Positions 1-11,214 of a DNA stretch of 39,408 bases are shown piece by piece. Position 1 is the first letter of the stretch, and each line of letters begins with the position of its first letter. The DNA is taken from NCBI GenBank assembly GCA_002269645.1, contig NIVC01004649.1, positions 1 through 39,408 of the forward strand. The letters run 5' to 3'. This stretch comes from Macrostomum lignano. Its lineage: Eukaryota. Both the position numbers and the translations under genes were made by a program. The notes beneath the pieces were generated by a model that did no database searches, had not been told where the DNA came from, and worked only from the letters and a program-made list of their open reading frames with translations.

Positions 1-529
1 AATATTTCTGCAAGTTTTATTGGACAAAAAACGGAAGAATTTCTCACCATTGTTCATGCTCATAAAAAGAGCAAACTTGCCACCCAGTACTCCAGTGATG
101 CAAGTCTCAATCTATCTTTCATTGGAAGCTGTTGAGCTTCAGTTGGCTGCTTCATCAGTAAGAGAACAATAGGATCCACCCAAAAGATGATGGTCTCAAT
201 ACAGTCTTCCATTTGCACTGAAATTTTCATTTTTAAGTTCCATTTTAACCATCGGGCTTAGGTTTTTGTGAAACTCATGCAAACATCCATTGACGAGAGA
301 CTTACCGCTCTCTCCTTCCTCGCTACCGGCGATGTAGTCGAAGTGCACGGACAGGTACTGATCACGCGGTGCTTGCTCACCTTCCGGCTCGTCCACGGCA
401 TATCGTTTCCGCTTCACTTTGGCGCAGTCTTCACACGGCAAAAGTGGCAGCTCCTGAGATGCTGTGGCAGCCGGATGCTGCGCTGGCTCTTCTTGTGCGG
501 CCGCCTCCGCCAGCTCGCGAGGGTCTCGG

Positions 530-1330
530 GCGTCAAAGACTTGCCTCATCGCGGCGGTAGTCCTCCGAGCCCCTCCAGACTCACGGAGCGCGACAGCCCG
601 TACTGGCTGACACTGAGTCCAGACGGGCCAACGCCAAACGCCCAACAGCGAACTCTACGGGCTGTCGCCTTGGCCTCGAAACTTGCCACGGCAGATGGAG
701 AGAAGCTGCCGAGCCCGGCGTCAGTGAAGACAAGCACGTGCCGCTGGCCCGATGGGTCTCGTAGCAGCAGCTGCAGCAAGCCGTTAGCGCAGGCCCATCC
801 GCACTTGCCGCCTGATTCGGATCAGGGGCCTCGCAGTTTGTCACCGAGCCAAGCAGTCGCGCCTTGTCTGCTGGGCTCCAGCCGACGCCAGCCGTCTTTA
901 CGACACTTACTGACTGCGAGAACGTCACGCAGCATGTGGAGACATGCTGGTGGTCCAGAGCCTCTGCTAGCGATACCAGGCTGTGGAGCAGCATTGGACG
1001 CGACGATACAGTGCTAGATGTGAGGGAGACAGCTATGCCTACAGCAATCCTGCGCTCTGTGACTCTGTGCCTTTGTAGCCAGATTTTGTTGCTAGTGCCA
1101 TTTGTCATGAACCAGTTCATCAGGCCCCTGATGCTCAGCTTCTTGCCTCTGTTTGCCAGATGGTATCGCATCCGCGAGTGCTGGTTGGAAACTTGAATAC
1201 TGCTAATAATCCGGTTGGTGCATGGGTCCACTTTTGCCGCTAATTTCTTCCACATTTCATCCGCTGCATGGATTCCGGTGACATCGCTGAGTTCAGTTAG
1301 GTATCGCCGCATTTCGGGCATACTCAGGTT
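530..1330 (-). CDS. Midasin-type pre-MIDAS segment and VWA domain 2 (frameshifts near 800 and near 550)
   Basis: GKKLSIRGLMNW...KIWLQR...IAVGIAVSLTSS, CCVTFSQSVSVVK, HVLVFTDAG, RCWAFGVG, and LP..AMRQVF (midasin ends LP...LRQWF). Confidence 0.75.
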
Positions 1331-1589
1331 CGCTACTTCACCGGACAGATTTTCGTATTCGTGATATTGCGTCGTTATCTGTTCTTTGTTTAGCCCAAGG
1401 TCGTAGCCTTTATTTTCGCACTCGAGCCACTCTTCCAAAACAACCTGCCGGGGCTCGGGCACGAACTGACCGCATGGGTCTGGCTGGCTTTGCACTACTT
1501 GGGCATTAGCAGCATTGGTAATAAAGGAAAGTTCTTCAGTCTCGGGGCAGCAACGAAAGGGTTTTCTGGTCCGCTCCTTTCAATTCTTC

Positions 1590-2037
1590 CGTATTTCAGA
1601 CACCAGTCCTCTTCAATCCACAAGGCGGAGTAAATTTCACCCGAAAACTGTTGCAGAGAATCCTGGAACAGCTGGGAGCCAAAGCCTCTGTGCTGATCCG
1701 TGATTAAAATCACCCACTGGCAGTCCAATATTTTCGAATCAGTTGCTAGGAGTTCGTCTGAATGACAATGCAGTTTGTGAAACACCTTGCGACAGGTGTG
1801 CGGCATCCAGGGGGTGTTAAAGTCTTTGATCGTTGCCGGTACGTTTGCCAGGGACATGAAGCCTTCGTTGCTGATTTGAACGCTTTTGTCCCCAGTGAGA
1901 ACGATTTGAACTTTGCAGTTGTGCATTTCGGAATGTCTTACAACTCTGAATACAGCACGAGTGAGTTCATTTTCTTTTCGGCCATTGTTTTGCTTTTTCC
2001 ACAGGGAGCATTTTGTATCGATTAAAATGGTACCCTC
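1590..2037 (-). CDS. Degenerate VWA-like domain 1
   Basis: One frame reads EGTILIDTKCSL (DxSxS-like), ELTRAVFRVV, KVQIVLTG, HTCRKVFHKL, WVILITDQ, SQLFQDSLQQF, IYSALWI. This matches the VWA order of strands and helices. Confidence 0.5.
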
Positions 2038-2101
2038 GTTTCCTTTTTAAGATTTGCATCTTTATGAACTCTTGTTTCCTTACTAACGGTGCTGAAGGAA
2101 G

Positions 2102-4399
2102 TCAAATGCTGGACTTGAAACCAATTCGAGGGATCCGCTGTGAAGATAGAAGATTCCTGAGGTGGACGCTGGCTGGTCTTCTGTAAGAGCGTCGCGAGTG
2201 AATTGGAACGTGTGGGTGAGAGATCTCCACAAAAGTACCTGCTGTACTGGCTTCGTTATCTGAGTCGTCTATTCCAGCACTGAACTCTTGCATCCCAACC
2301 TCCAGCTCCGCGTCAACGTTCGATCGCGGACTAAATTTCATAACCCGACCGGTTGCTATTTCTGTCGATATATCTCCGCCAACAGCACCTTCCACTATGC
2401 TGGCATCTGACAGATGACCAAGGTGGCCCCTTAAAGGATCAAAACTGCTATCAGCTGCATCGCTTTCTTCAAAATTGGTTGCTGTCGTAGAGGCAGCACT
2501 GGGTCCTTCTGCAGCTGATGCTGGGTTTCCCTCTTTTTCTATCTTTTGTGCATGCTCTGACATGAAAGTAGAATCTGGCTTGCCCTCAGCCGTTTCTTCC
2601 GGGAACGAATCAGTCGGTATTGGCGCTTTTAGAGCTGCACCAAATGCTTCTGACTTGGCTGTTTCTTCCTGTGCAGAGGCTCCTTTACTCGCTTCTGTTG
2701 GTTTTGTTTCTTCAGTTGATTTTTCATCAGGTTCTGTCGCAGCTTCAGATTCTTCTGCATTCGGAGGTTTCATTTCGCTTTGATCTGTTTCCCTGCTTTC
2801 TTTTCTTTCTTTATCATTGATATCGCTCGTTTGGTTTGTATCACTCGGTGACTTACTTTCGGTATTCTGACCAGCTTGCTTTTCTTTTTCTGTCGGTTCC
2901 GAATCGTTTGGTGCGAAAGTTTCCTCTTCAGTCTGTAGCTGGTCAGTTTCTGATTCTTCTTGCGAATCTTTAGCGGATTCCACATCGCGAGAGGTTTCGT
3001 TCTTGTTCGTTTTCTCAGAATACGACCCCACTTCTCCTTCCTGTTCTCTTTGCTCGGAACGGGATTCTGCTGCCCCGGCTTCTTCTACTGGCTGACTCTG
3101 TTCATCACTAGTTTCCAATGGATCACTATTTGGACTGGATTCAACACATGAAGAGTCACTGTCCTTATGCTCTAAGAGCTCCTCCGCAGAAGACTCATCC
3201 TTGGGTGCCGTCCCGCCAGACTCGCTTCTTTCAGTCCCCGAGCCCGAAGGATCCGCAGACTCTGTCTGGCCAGACCCGCTTTCATTGGTTCCTGAGCCGG
3301 AAGGATCTGTAGACTCTGTCTGTCCAGACCCGCTCTCATTGGTTCCCGAGCCCAGAGGATCTGCAGACTCTGTCTGGCCAGACCCGCTCTCATTGGTTCC
3401 TGAGCCGGAAGGATCTGTAGACTCTGTCTGTCCAGACCCGCTCTTATTGGTTCCCGAGCCCAGAGGATCTGCAGACTCTGTCTGGCCAGACCCATAGCCA
3501 CCAGTCGAGGAGTCTTTTGCCTCCGACTGGCCCATGATTTGCTCGTCGGTCCCCATTGAAGGCGGAGGACTTTCAGTCAGACCGCTCTTCTCTGCATCAG
3601 CAATGGCCTCCTTGGCATTCTGAACTTTGTCCATCCACTTTTTGATTTCTTCTCCTCGCGGTCCAGCCAGGTCACTTTCAGTGGGCTGAGGATCTGAGCC
3701 TCCGCCTTCATCCAGCGAAAATCTATCAGCGTAGCTGTTAGCGATCGCCGACTTTAGCTCCTTTCTTAAATCCTCTTCCTTCGTAGTGGAGCTGAGAGCA
3801 AATCTGAATGCGCCGCTTGCATCTTTGTTGTTGATATTTGCACTATAGGACACAACTGTAGCTGCTTCTGTCCCATCCTCTTTTCCTCCAGAAATCACCA
3901 GTTCTTTCATCGGATTTTTCTCACGACTGTCCAACTCAGCTTATTTCTCGATTTCCTTCTCGTAGGCATCAATGCCGCAAATTGCCGACTGAACAAAGTC
4001 CACCCCTTTTATAATCGCGTGTGTTGCGGCACGAGCAAGCTGCAGAAGTACCTGGCAAAATTGGTAAAAAAGCCACTTGATTCCCGAGTTTGATTCGACC
4101 TTTTCCCTCATCTTCTTGATGCTGTCATCCAGCTTTTGCTCCAATTTCTTGAGAAGTTTTCGAACGCTACTGATTATTTCTTTGATTAATTTCTTTATAC
4201 TGAACGTGCTGTTCAGTCGGATGTCCCAGTCAAGAAATCTCCGCTGGTTCTCTCGTTCACCAAAGTTTAGCATTACTTCGACGGAAATAATTTTGAAGAA
4301 AGTGACCTTAAACCACGCGTAGAAGCACTTTTTGGCGGTGTCTGTCTCTATTTTGGCAGCTACTTCGATAATAAAAAATATGCTCACTTTGACGTCCAT
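2102..4399 (-). CDS. Amphipathic/coiled helices followed by an acidic D/E/S-rich low-complexity tract; in-frame TAA at 3941-3943
   Basis: KKLIKEIISSVRKLLKKLEQKLDDSIKK... is followed by EKEIEK*AELDSREK in one frame. The 610-aa E/S/D/T-rich ORF occupies the position of the midasin D/E-rich region. Confidence 0.75.
3228..3495 (-). repeat. In-frame 54-bp (18-aa) tandem repeat x5: SGSGQTES(A/T)DP(L/S)GSGTNE
   Basis: CAGACCC recurs at 3271, 3325, 3379, 3433 and 3487, a period of 54. Confidence 0.95.
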
Positions 4400-7300
4400 C
4401 AGGAATTTTAGTCCGTTGCTTTGCTCACAACAAGTGCAGCTTTGGCCCCGCCTTGCCGTCGGTGCTGCTCACCTCAAGCAGGTCGAGCAATTTAAGGGCT
4501 CTACGAGCTCACCTCCGAACTCAATCTTCTTATCTTCGCCATGAAAGGTAAAGCCTCCCCATAGTTAGCGTTCATCCGAGCCAGTTGATGGCCGCATCGA
4601 ATTTGACGCACGGTCCAATCTCATATCTTTCCGTTAAGCCTTCCGGGTTGCCTCCGCCTACGTCTTCCGGTGTTCTGACAGCTTTTTCAGTCATTTGCTG
4701 CTGACCGTCAGGACGGACGAAATTTTATTGACTCCATATTTTCATTGGCGGCGAGATAAGAAAAAAAAATGGTTGAAGCCCGGCAGCAAGAAGTCAACGT
4801 GTTCGCAAGACTTCATCAACGCCAAGAAGCTTTAGAAGATTGGAAAACCGCAGGGTCTTCTCTCGTCTTTTGAAATCGGAAGTAAGCCCCTACAGGAACG
4901 ACACGAGTAGGTTAACCAAATCTTTTTTCTTGTCATGAATCTAATGCGAAACTCAATGTCGCTCTCGAACAACTTCATGGCAGCTGCTACTTCAAAGCTT
5001 AATGCGTCTGGCGGAACGGAAATCGAGAGCTGCATCGAAGCGGAGATCAGTGTTAAAAACTTTAGACCAAAGGGCGTTGGCCAGGCCAAGTCATTTCGCC
5101 GGTTATTTTCAAGTACCTGAAATTTCTCGCTTTTTGCCACTGCTTTCGATGCTAAGCCTGCCTGAAAACTCAGCTTTGTGTTTGGCGTTTCCTAAGAATT
5201 CGGTGGGAAGATTTATATTCATCTTGGCGTCCAAGAAAAGCTTGATTATTCCTTGAGTCTTCTTTAATAACTTGCCATCTGCATCAGTCTGCTTTGATGC
5301 CTCTTCAGCTGCTTTAATGTGCACGACTCCGAAGGAGATAAAGAGCGACACGCAACCAAACAGTTCCACCGAGCCGCACTCGATGTCCAAACTAAAGCCG
5401 CTGCTTACAACGCTAAGACAGCCAGAAAAGGTTTTTCCCGTCAAGCTTAGAAAGTCGTACAGCCAATTCTGCGGCATGGTCGCCTTGAATGACAAGACTG
5501 CAAATGGTGTTTGTTTAGTTTTCTTCACGCATTCAGTCACGAAAGTTGAATCGTAGTTCATTAATTGCTTCATTTTATCAGATGCCTCGCTCAGCCTTTC
5601 ACTGCAAATCTGTTCATTCGCTTTTTTAGAGCGCAGAAGCAGCACGAGCTGTAAGTTGTTGAACACTGGGATAAGCTCGATTGATTCGACCACTTCAAGA
5701 CCGTGCCAGATTTCGCTGAGTTTCCCTTCGTATACTACGCACACTAAGTAGAAGAATTCTTTTTTCGGGAATCCACCCGTCATTCCAACCTGAAACCCTT
5801 GTGGATTTCTGCAGGCAATCGCAAACTTCTTTTCCTTTAAGTAAACTTTCACCGCGGCTCCACTTTCTTTCAGGTTGACCTCCCCAATCCGAGCAAGGGC
5901 GCTGCTGAAGCAGCTGTCCAAGGAATCCTGGTCGACAATGCTGCTGGCTTGCAGCTTGCCGTCGGATTCACCGGCATCTGCCGTGAGCTTCGGCTGAGAC
6001 TTCTTCTGAAGTGTCAGCACACCGTTCGGCAGATCCAGCACCATGCCAAGCCGCAGCTTAAACAGGTCAAACAGGCAGAACAGCTTTCCTTTCCCGAATC
6101 GCCGTCCGCAGGCGCCTTGAACGCACCGAGCTCCTCCTCGCTCTGTGGCGTCTGATTAGCTTCATTGGTATTCTTTGCTCTTTCGAGCTTCAACTTTGCT
6201 CCAAGGCAAATAATTTTAAAAGGTTTTATCTGGCCCGTAGTCTCACCAATCACTTCTAATTCGAAAGAATTCAGTGTTCTGTCGGGCTGAATCTTGGCTT
6301 CAAAATGTAAGAGCTTGAATGTCAGATCAATTTTTTTACTTAGAGATTTAACTTGCTCCTCGAGTTTGAATTTCTCGGCAACAATTGCAGCCAAATCTCC
6401 CAGGCTAAAGTCGATCTTTTGTCGAGGAACAACTATGGTCCATGGTTGCTTTATCTCCAGGGGTAGCTCGACCTTGCAGTCTACGATTCGCAGGTGCTTC
6501 ACTTCAGGTCTTCCAAGACAAAATGCGAAGTTCAGAGTCGCAAGCTTGAAACTGCTGTCAAACTTTTTATCGCTGCCCTCTTCGCCATTCGCAGACGCGC
6601 CAGCTATTTCTTGCTGTTTCTTTTCAACTCGAATCTTCAAGTCCTCGAGTCGGAGTAAGGTGCAGTTTGGAATTAGGCAAAGCCGCTGCAGTCCGAGCAC
6701 AAGTACCCAAACATCGGGTTCCACCGCCTTCGTCCAGCTGAAATGAACTCCAACATCCGTAAGTATGAGGCCAAAGTCTGGCAGACTTGTCTTTAGCACA
6801 CGGCCAAACAGCTCGTTCAGTTTGATGTCTTCCGGAAGCCTTGCAGTGCTGCCGGTTCCGTCAAAAGATTCCGGCAATTCCAACAGCCAGCACTGGCGAC
6901 CTTTTTCAGCCGGTCTGTGGAATTTCAGTTTGAGCCTACCCAGTCTAAAATCAGCCAGGGTCAGGTCAGCTGTCAGCTTGAAGTCAGACGTCGCTGAGTT
7001 GGAGTAAGTCCACAAGAAATCGATTTCAACAGATCCCAGCTTCAGTAGACTTGTGAAAGGCAATCTCAGCTCCTTGATTTTTGCCTCAAGTGTCAGTTTA
7101 TGAGTCTGACTCGCGGCGGCTTTGCTTTCTTTACCAGACTCTCCAGCTTCTGATGACCCGGCTTTGATGGAACGGCTTTCTTGGCTGCTCTTCGATGCTC
7201 CAAGCTCTGTCCTGTTCTCGTACCTCACTCTGAGCTTCTCAAATTTCACGAACTTAAGAAGTGGGACGTCAACTAGACTTGAGTTGATCTTCAGCAGTTC

Positions 7301-10264
7301 AGCAAAGGGTTTTATTAGTTCCACCAGAGTAAATTGGGCTTCAATATGAGCATTCAATGTGAACTGCATTGAGTCCTTGTCTCTTTTAACTTCTGACACG
7401 TAATCTAGGATGGGCAGAGTAAGGAATTGGATTTTTCCTTTAAGCGAGACCTGAAAGTGCCTGTCCTGATCGAAACTGGTTACTTTCATGCTGAATTCCG
7501 AATCTGTGAGCTCAATCTTCATCAGGCCTTTCTTCAATTTAATCAAGTCAATTGTCATCGCCAGCTCGCAGGTTTTCTCTTTGAAGTCTAAATAGCCACT
7601 GACGAGCTTGTCAAGATTGGTTCTGACCAGCACTTCTGGTATTGCCTCGGCTGACACTTCGAAATTCTTAGACACAAACGTTTGAAGACTGAAAGTTCCT
7701 GTACCATTTTGACGCGGCAAGACCTTCAACTCGTTGCTGGATGTCAAAACAAATCTCGAGCCATTGTCTTCACATTTTAGTAGAAGCTGACAATCAAGAA
7801 TGTCGAATACGGCATAGAAAGTGCACTTCGTTGGGCTTTCAGTTCTTATCTGCACACAGAAGGCTTTGCCTGCTAAGAGCTTTGAGACTCTGAATGAGTA
7901 GCTCTTGGTCAGAGTTTCTAGTAAGAATCTCTTTAAGCTGTTGTCGAAATTCCACTCGATATCAACAGCTGTTTCGGTAAACTGCATTACTGATGGAACA
8001 CCGTAGTTGGACAGGTCAACACCCCGCCCCATGCATTCTGCCAGCAGGGACACTACGTCAGTACTTGAGTAGTGCGTTTTCAGATCGCACTGACTGACTG
8101 CCCAATGCTGGTCGTTGATGGGGTAGGAGGCGGACAGAGTTGGAGTTTTCAGCTTCGCGCAGTTTCCCAGCTCCAGAACCATTGACAGACTTGGATAGCG
8201 GAGCATTTCGTCAATGAGGGTGTGCACCTCTCCTCTGCTGGTGCTCAGCTCTATTTCTGTAAGAGTCAACATAGGGCTGAGGCTGACGGGCTTCATATTA
8301 AGCATCATTTCTAATTCTTTTGGCTTCGTCCAATCGTTCCACTCCATCGAGTAGTTGCATTTTTCAACCATGACTCCTCTAGTGGCTTCATTCTCTCGCG
8401 ACAGCCGGCTCGCTACAAGTACAGAAAGGTCGAACGGCTCAATAGATTTGTCATCGGTTTGTAGCTTCCAACAAGTTCTTTTTTCTGCATTCCTATCCGC
8501 TGTCTGACACTGCAACTTGTTCTCATGCTCACACAGTAGAATGCTGAAGTGTCCTAAGTTCTGTCCGTGCAGAATGAGATCTCCCTCAATCAGGCTGCCG
8601 CACCATTTCTGATGCGCGGCCTTCCTTCCATGGTTCCGCAACACCATGCTGACTGACCGCAGCACAAGCTGGCTATCAACCTCGGAGTGAATGTCAGAAG
8701 AAGCTTTTGCTGTTAACTTTAGTTTCCATTTTGATATGTCAATGCGAATTTCCACTCCGCTGATTGGCACATTCGGGAACGGCTGCTGCACCTCCAAGTT
8801 CATGTCCTTCATTAGCTTGAGCAAGAGGCTTCCTCCATCATCTTTCGCCTGACTGGAAGAACAAAGCGTTAGTTGCAGCTGCTTGGACTTACCGGCCCCT
8901 GTTTCTTGTGCTCGTGTTATTTTTAAATCAAACTCGATGCCTAAAAGCGACAGCAGATCCATCTTTCCTTTTATGCGCACGACCATGTCCGACGGCTCCT
9001 TGCCCTCGATGACCAGCTGGGCCTCGTAAAACTGCATACTCGCTGTGTATTGATTCTGCATCTCGAATTTGGAGATTTGCGCTTCCATGCTGACTTGGCC
9101 TGATGAGTCAACCCGAAAGCTCTCCACACGATTGATCTGAGACTTTTCTGACAAGCCTGCCACCTCCTCGTCGGAGGCTTTGAAGATTTGCTTGATAAAC
9201 ATACGAAGATTAACTTTTTTCGTTTCCGCTATCTTCGATTGAAACTGAAGTTCGGCGATAATATCCGATGAAACTCTCGCGAGCTTGATGCCGAACATGC
9301 TCAAAACTCCCTTCACCTTGCACTTCCAATGCCCACTCGACTCGTGAAGATGCAGCTCTACTTCCCCTATGCTGAAAGGAAAATTTCGATTAGGTAGTTC
9401 GAGCGCTCGGTTTTCTGGCGCACTTATTATGACTCGCGCATCAGACTGCTGCTCTTTGATTTCCATGCTTTGTACCGATAAAGTCAAGACCTGCTTAGCA
9501 GAAAACCAACTTATGAAGGCCAGCGACTCAGGGACCTCTTCCAAGCAAAAAGAGATTATGCTGATTATCTTTGTGCTGCACTCAGCCTCAAAAGGGTCGA
9601 TTTTTAGCAGCGTTTGCGACATGTCGATTGTTCCTTTAAAAGTACTTTTCTTTTTTGATTCCTTAACCTGCATCTTGCCCGTTAGTAAAACAGTTTTCGT
9701 GTGTTGAATTTCCAGTTGAACGTCTTCGAAACTGAACAACTTGAAAGCCGGCCATCCATAATTGATTTTTTCATCGAAAGTCAGCTTAAAGAAGTTCGAG
9801 TCTTCAACCGCAGCAATCATAATTCTGTTGCATATTTCTTTTGCTCTTTCGTTCCAATATGGAATTTTGGTGGGCAGAAAATTTCTGAAAATAAAAACAT
9901 CGCTCGGTTTCAAGAGTTTGATTTGAAAGAAATCATCTCCCGAGGAGTTGGACTGAAGGCTGAGGTCGACCTCGTTTCCTTTTCTTGTATCTCCTGAGCT
10001 AAGCACAGCTTTTAGTTTGGCAGAGAAAACTCGCCTCTCCATATCAATAGAGAGTTTTCCGTGCAGATCCGACATCTTTACTTGGATTCCAAGAAACCGA
10101 TGGCAGTCAGCTGACTCTACAGCAAAACTGATATTTGCGAAGTCTTTTGAGCCACGGAGTAACAGTTTGTACCGCTGAGCTACCAATTGAAACTCATTGG
10201 TTTTGCTGCTTCCAATTTTGAATCTGGTATTGTGATAACACTCGCTTATTGCTCTAGTTAAATC
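4400..10264 (-). CDS. About 1,900-aa beta-strand-rich repetitive region of the giant protein (frameshifted near 6090, near 5120 and repeatedly in 4400-4930)
   Basis: ORFs of 1417, 311 and 102 aa show alternating hydrophobic/polar strands punctuated by short helices (VNLRMFIKQIF, FSLQTFVSKNF, FTLVELIKPF, IKLNELFGRVL, FSLGDLAAIV). It is in frame with the upstream part once the 950-bp insertion is removed. Confidence 0.7.
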
Positions 10265-11214
10265 CAATGGAGAGTTTACTACTTCTGTTTGCTACTTCTG
10301 GGTCAACTCCAGTGTTTTCCAAAATGAAGTTCTGGCCATCAGCTCCTGCACTGCAGAGCTTCTCGCCACTGGCGTTACTGGTAAGAACATCATTTTCCAT
10401 TCGGACAGCCAAGCTGCCTTGCACGCCATCAGTGGCTGCAGCACCAACTCTGCTACAGTCCTTGACTGTATCAAACTCCTCAATGTGTTGGGTTCCGCCA
10501 ACAAAATTACCCTTAAGTGGGTTCCGGGGCATGTGGGGATCCGAGGAAATGAGTTGGCTGACACCCTTGCAAAAGTTGGTGCCTCCGGCTCCTCTCTCGG
10601 CCCCGAACCTCTTGTCCCGATCCCTGGCTGTGTCATCGACTCGCGCATCAAAGCGTGGATCAGGACTCAGCACCGCTCGACTTGGGCGAACCGCACGAAC
10701 TGCAGGCAATCCAGAGGCGCTGTCCCTCAGCCCTCTCACCAGCTCCGGAAGCTCCTCTTGCGCCTCTCGCGCAGAGACATCCGGGCTGCCACCATGACCC
10801 TCTCTGGTCACGGCTGCTTCTCCAGGCACCAGTACCTGCAGGGCAACGCCACCAACGCCACCTGTAGTTTCTGCAACTCAGGTGACGAAACCGCTGAGCA
10901 TTTCGTCAGCATCTGTCCCGCCTTCACGCGGGCCAGACTCACTTACCTCGGGCCACACACATCTATTACTGAAGCGTGCAAACCCGAAAACTTTAATCAG
11001 CTCATGCGCTACCTTCGGGCCACCCGCAGGGCTGAACTCTCCTTTCCAGAGAGCACCATAGCTGCTGGCGACACTGGGGGACCTCCCTGGGCGGCGCCAA
11101 CCCTCCGTCCATAGCGACGCGTCGGCCGTTCAGGGACTAGCGGAATGGGCGCCCGCGCCTTCCCGCTGTGTCCCCTCCGGGACAGCCCTGCAGCTAAGTC
11201 AAGTAAGTCAAGTC
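10265..11214 (+). mobile_element. 5'-truncated non-LTR retrotransposon (LOA/R1/I-like clades): RNase H, CCHC knuckle, 3' UTR and (TAAGTCAAG)2 tail
   Basis: An open frame from ~10260 to 11114 reads SVFQNEVLAI...FHSDSQAAL...LKWVPGHVGIRGNELADTLAK (non-LTR RNase HI) and LSGHG...CSFCNSGDETAEHFVSIC (CX2CX8HX4C). It is GC-richer than its flanks. Deleting these 950 bp restores the host frame EKEQTDLTRAISEC. Confidence 0.9.
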
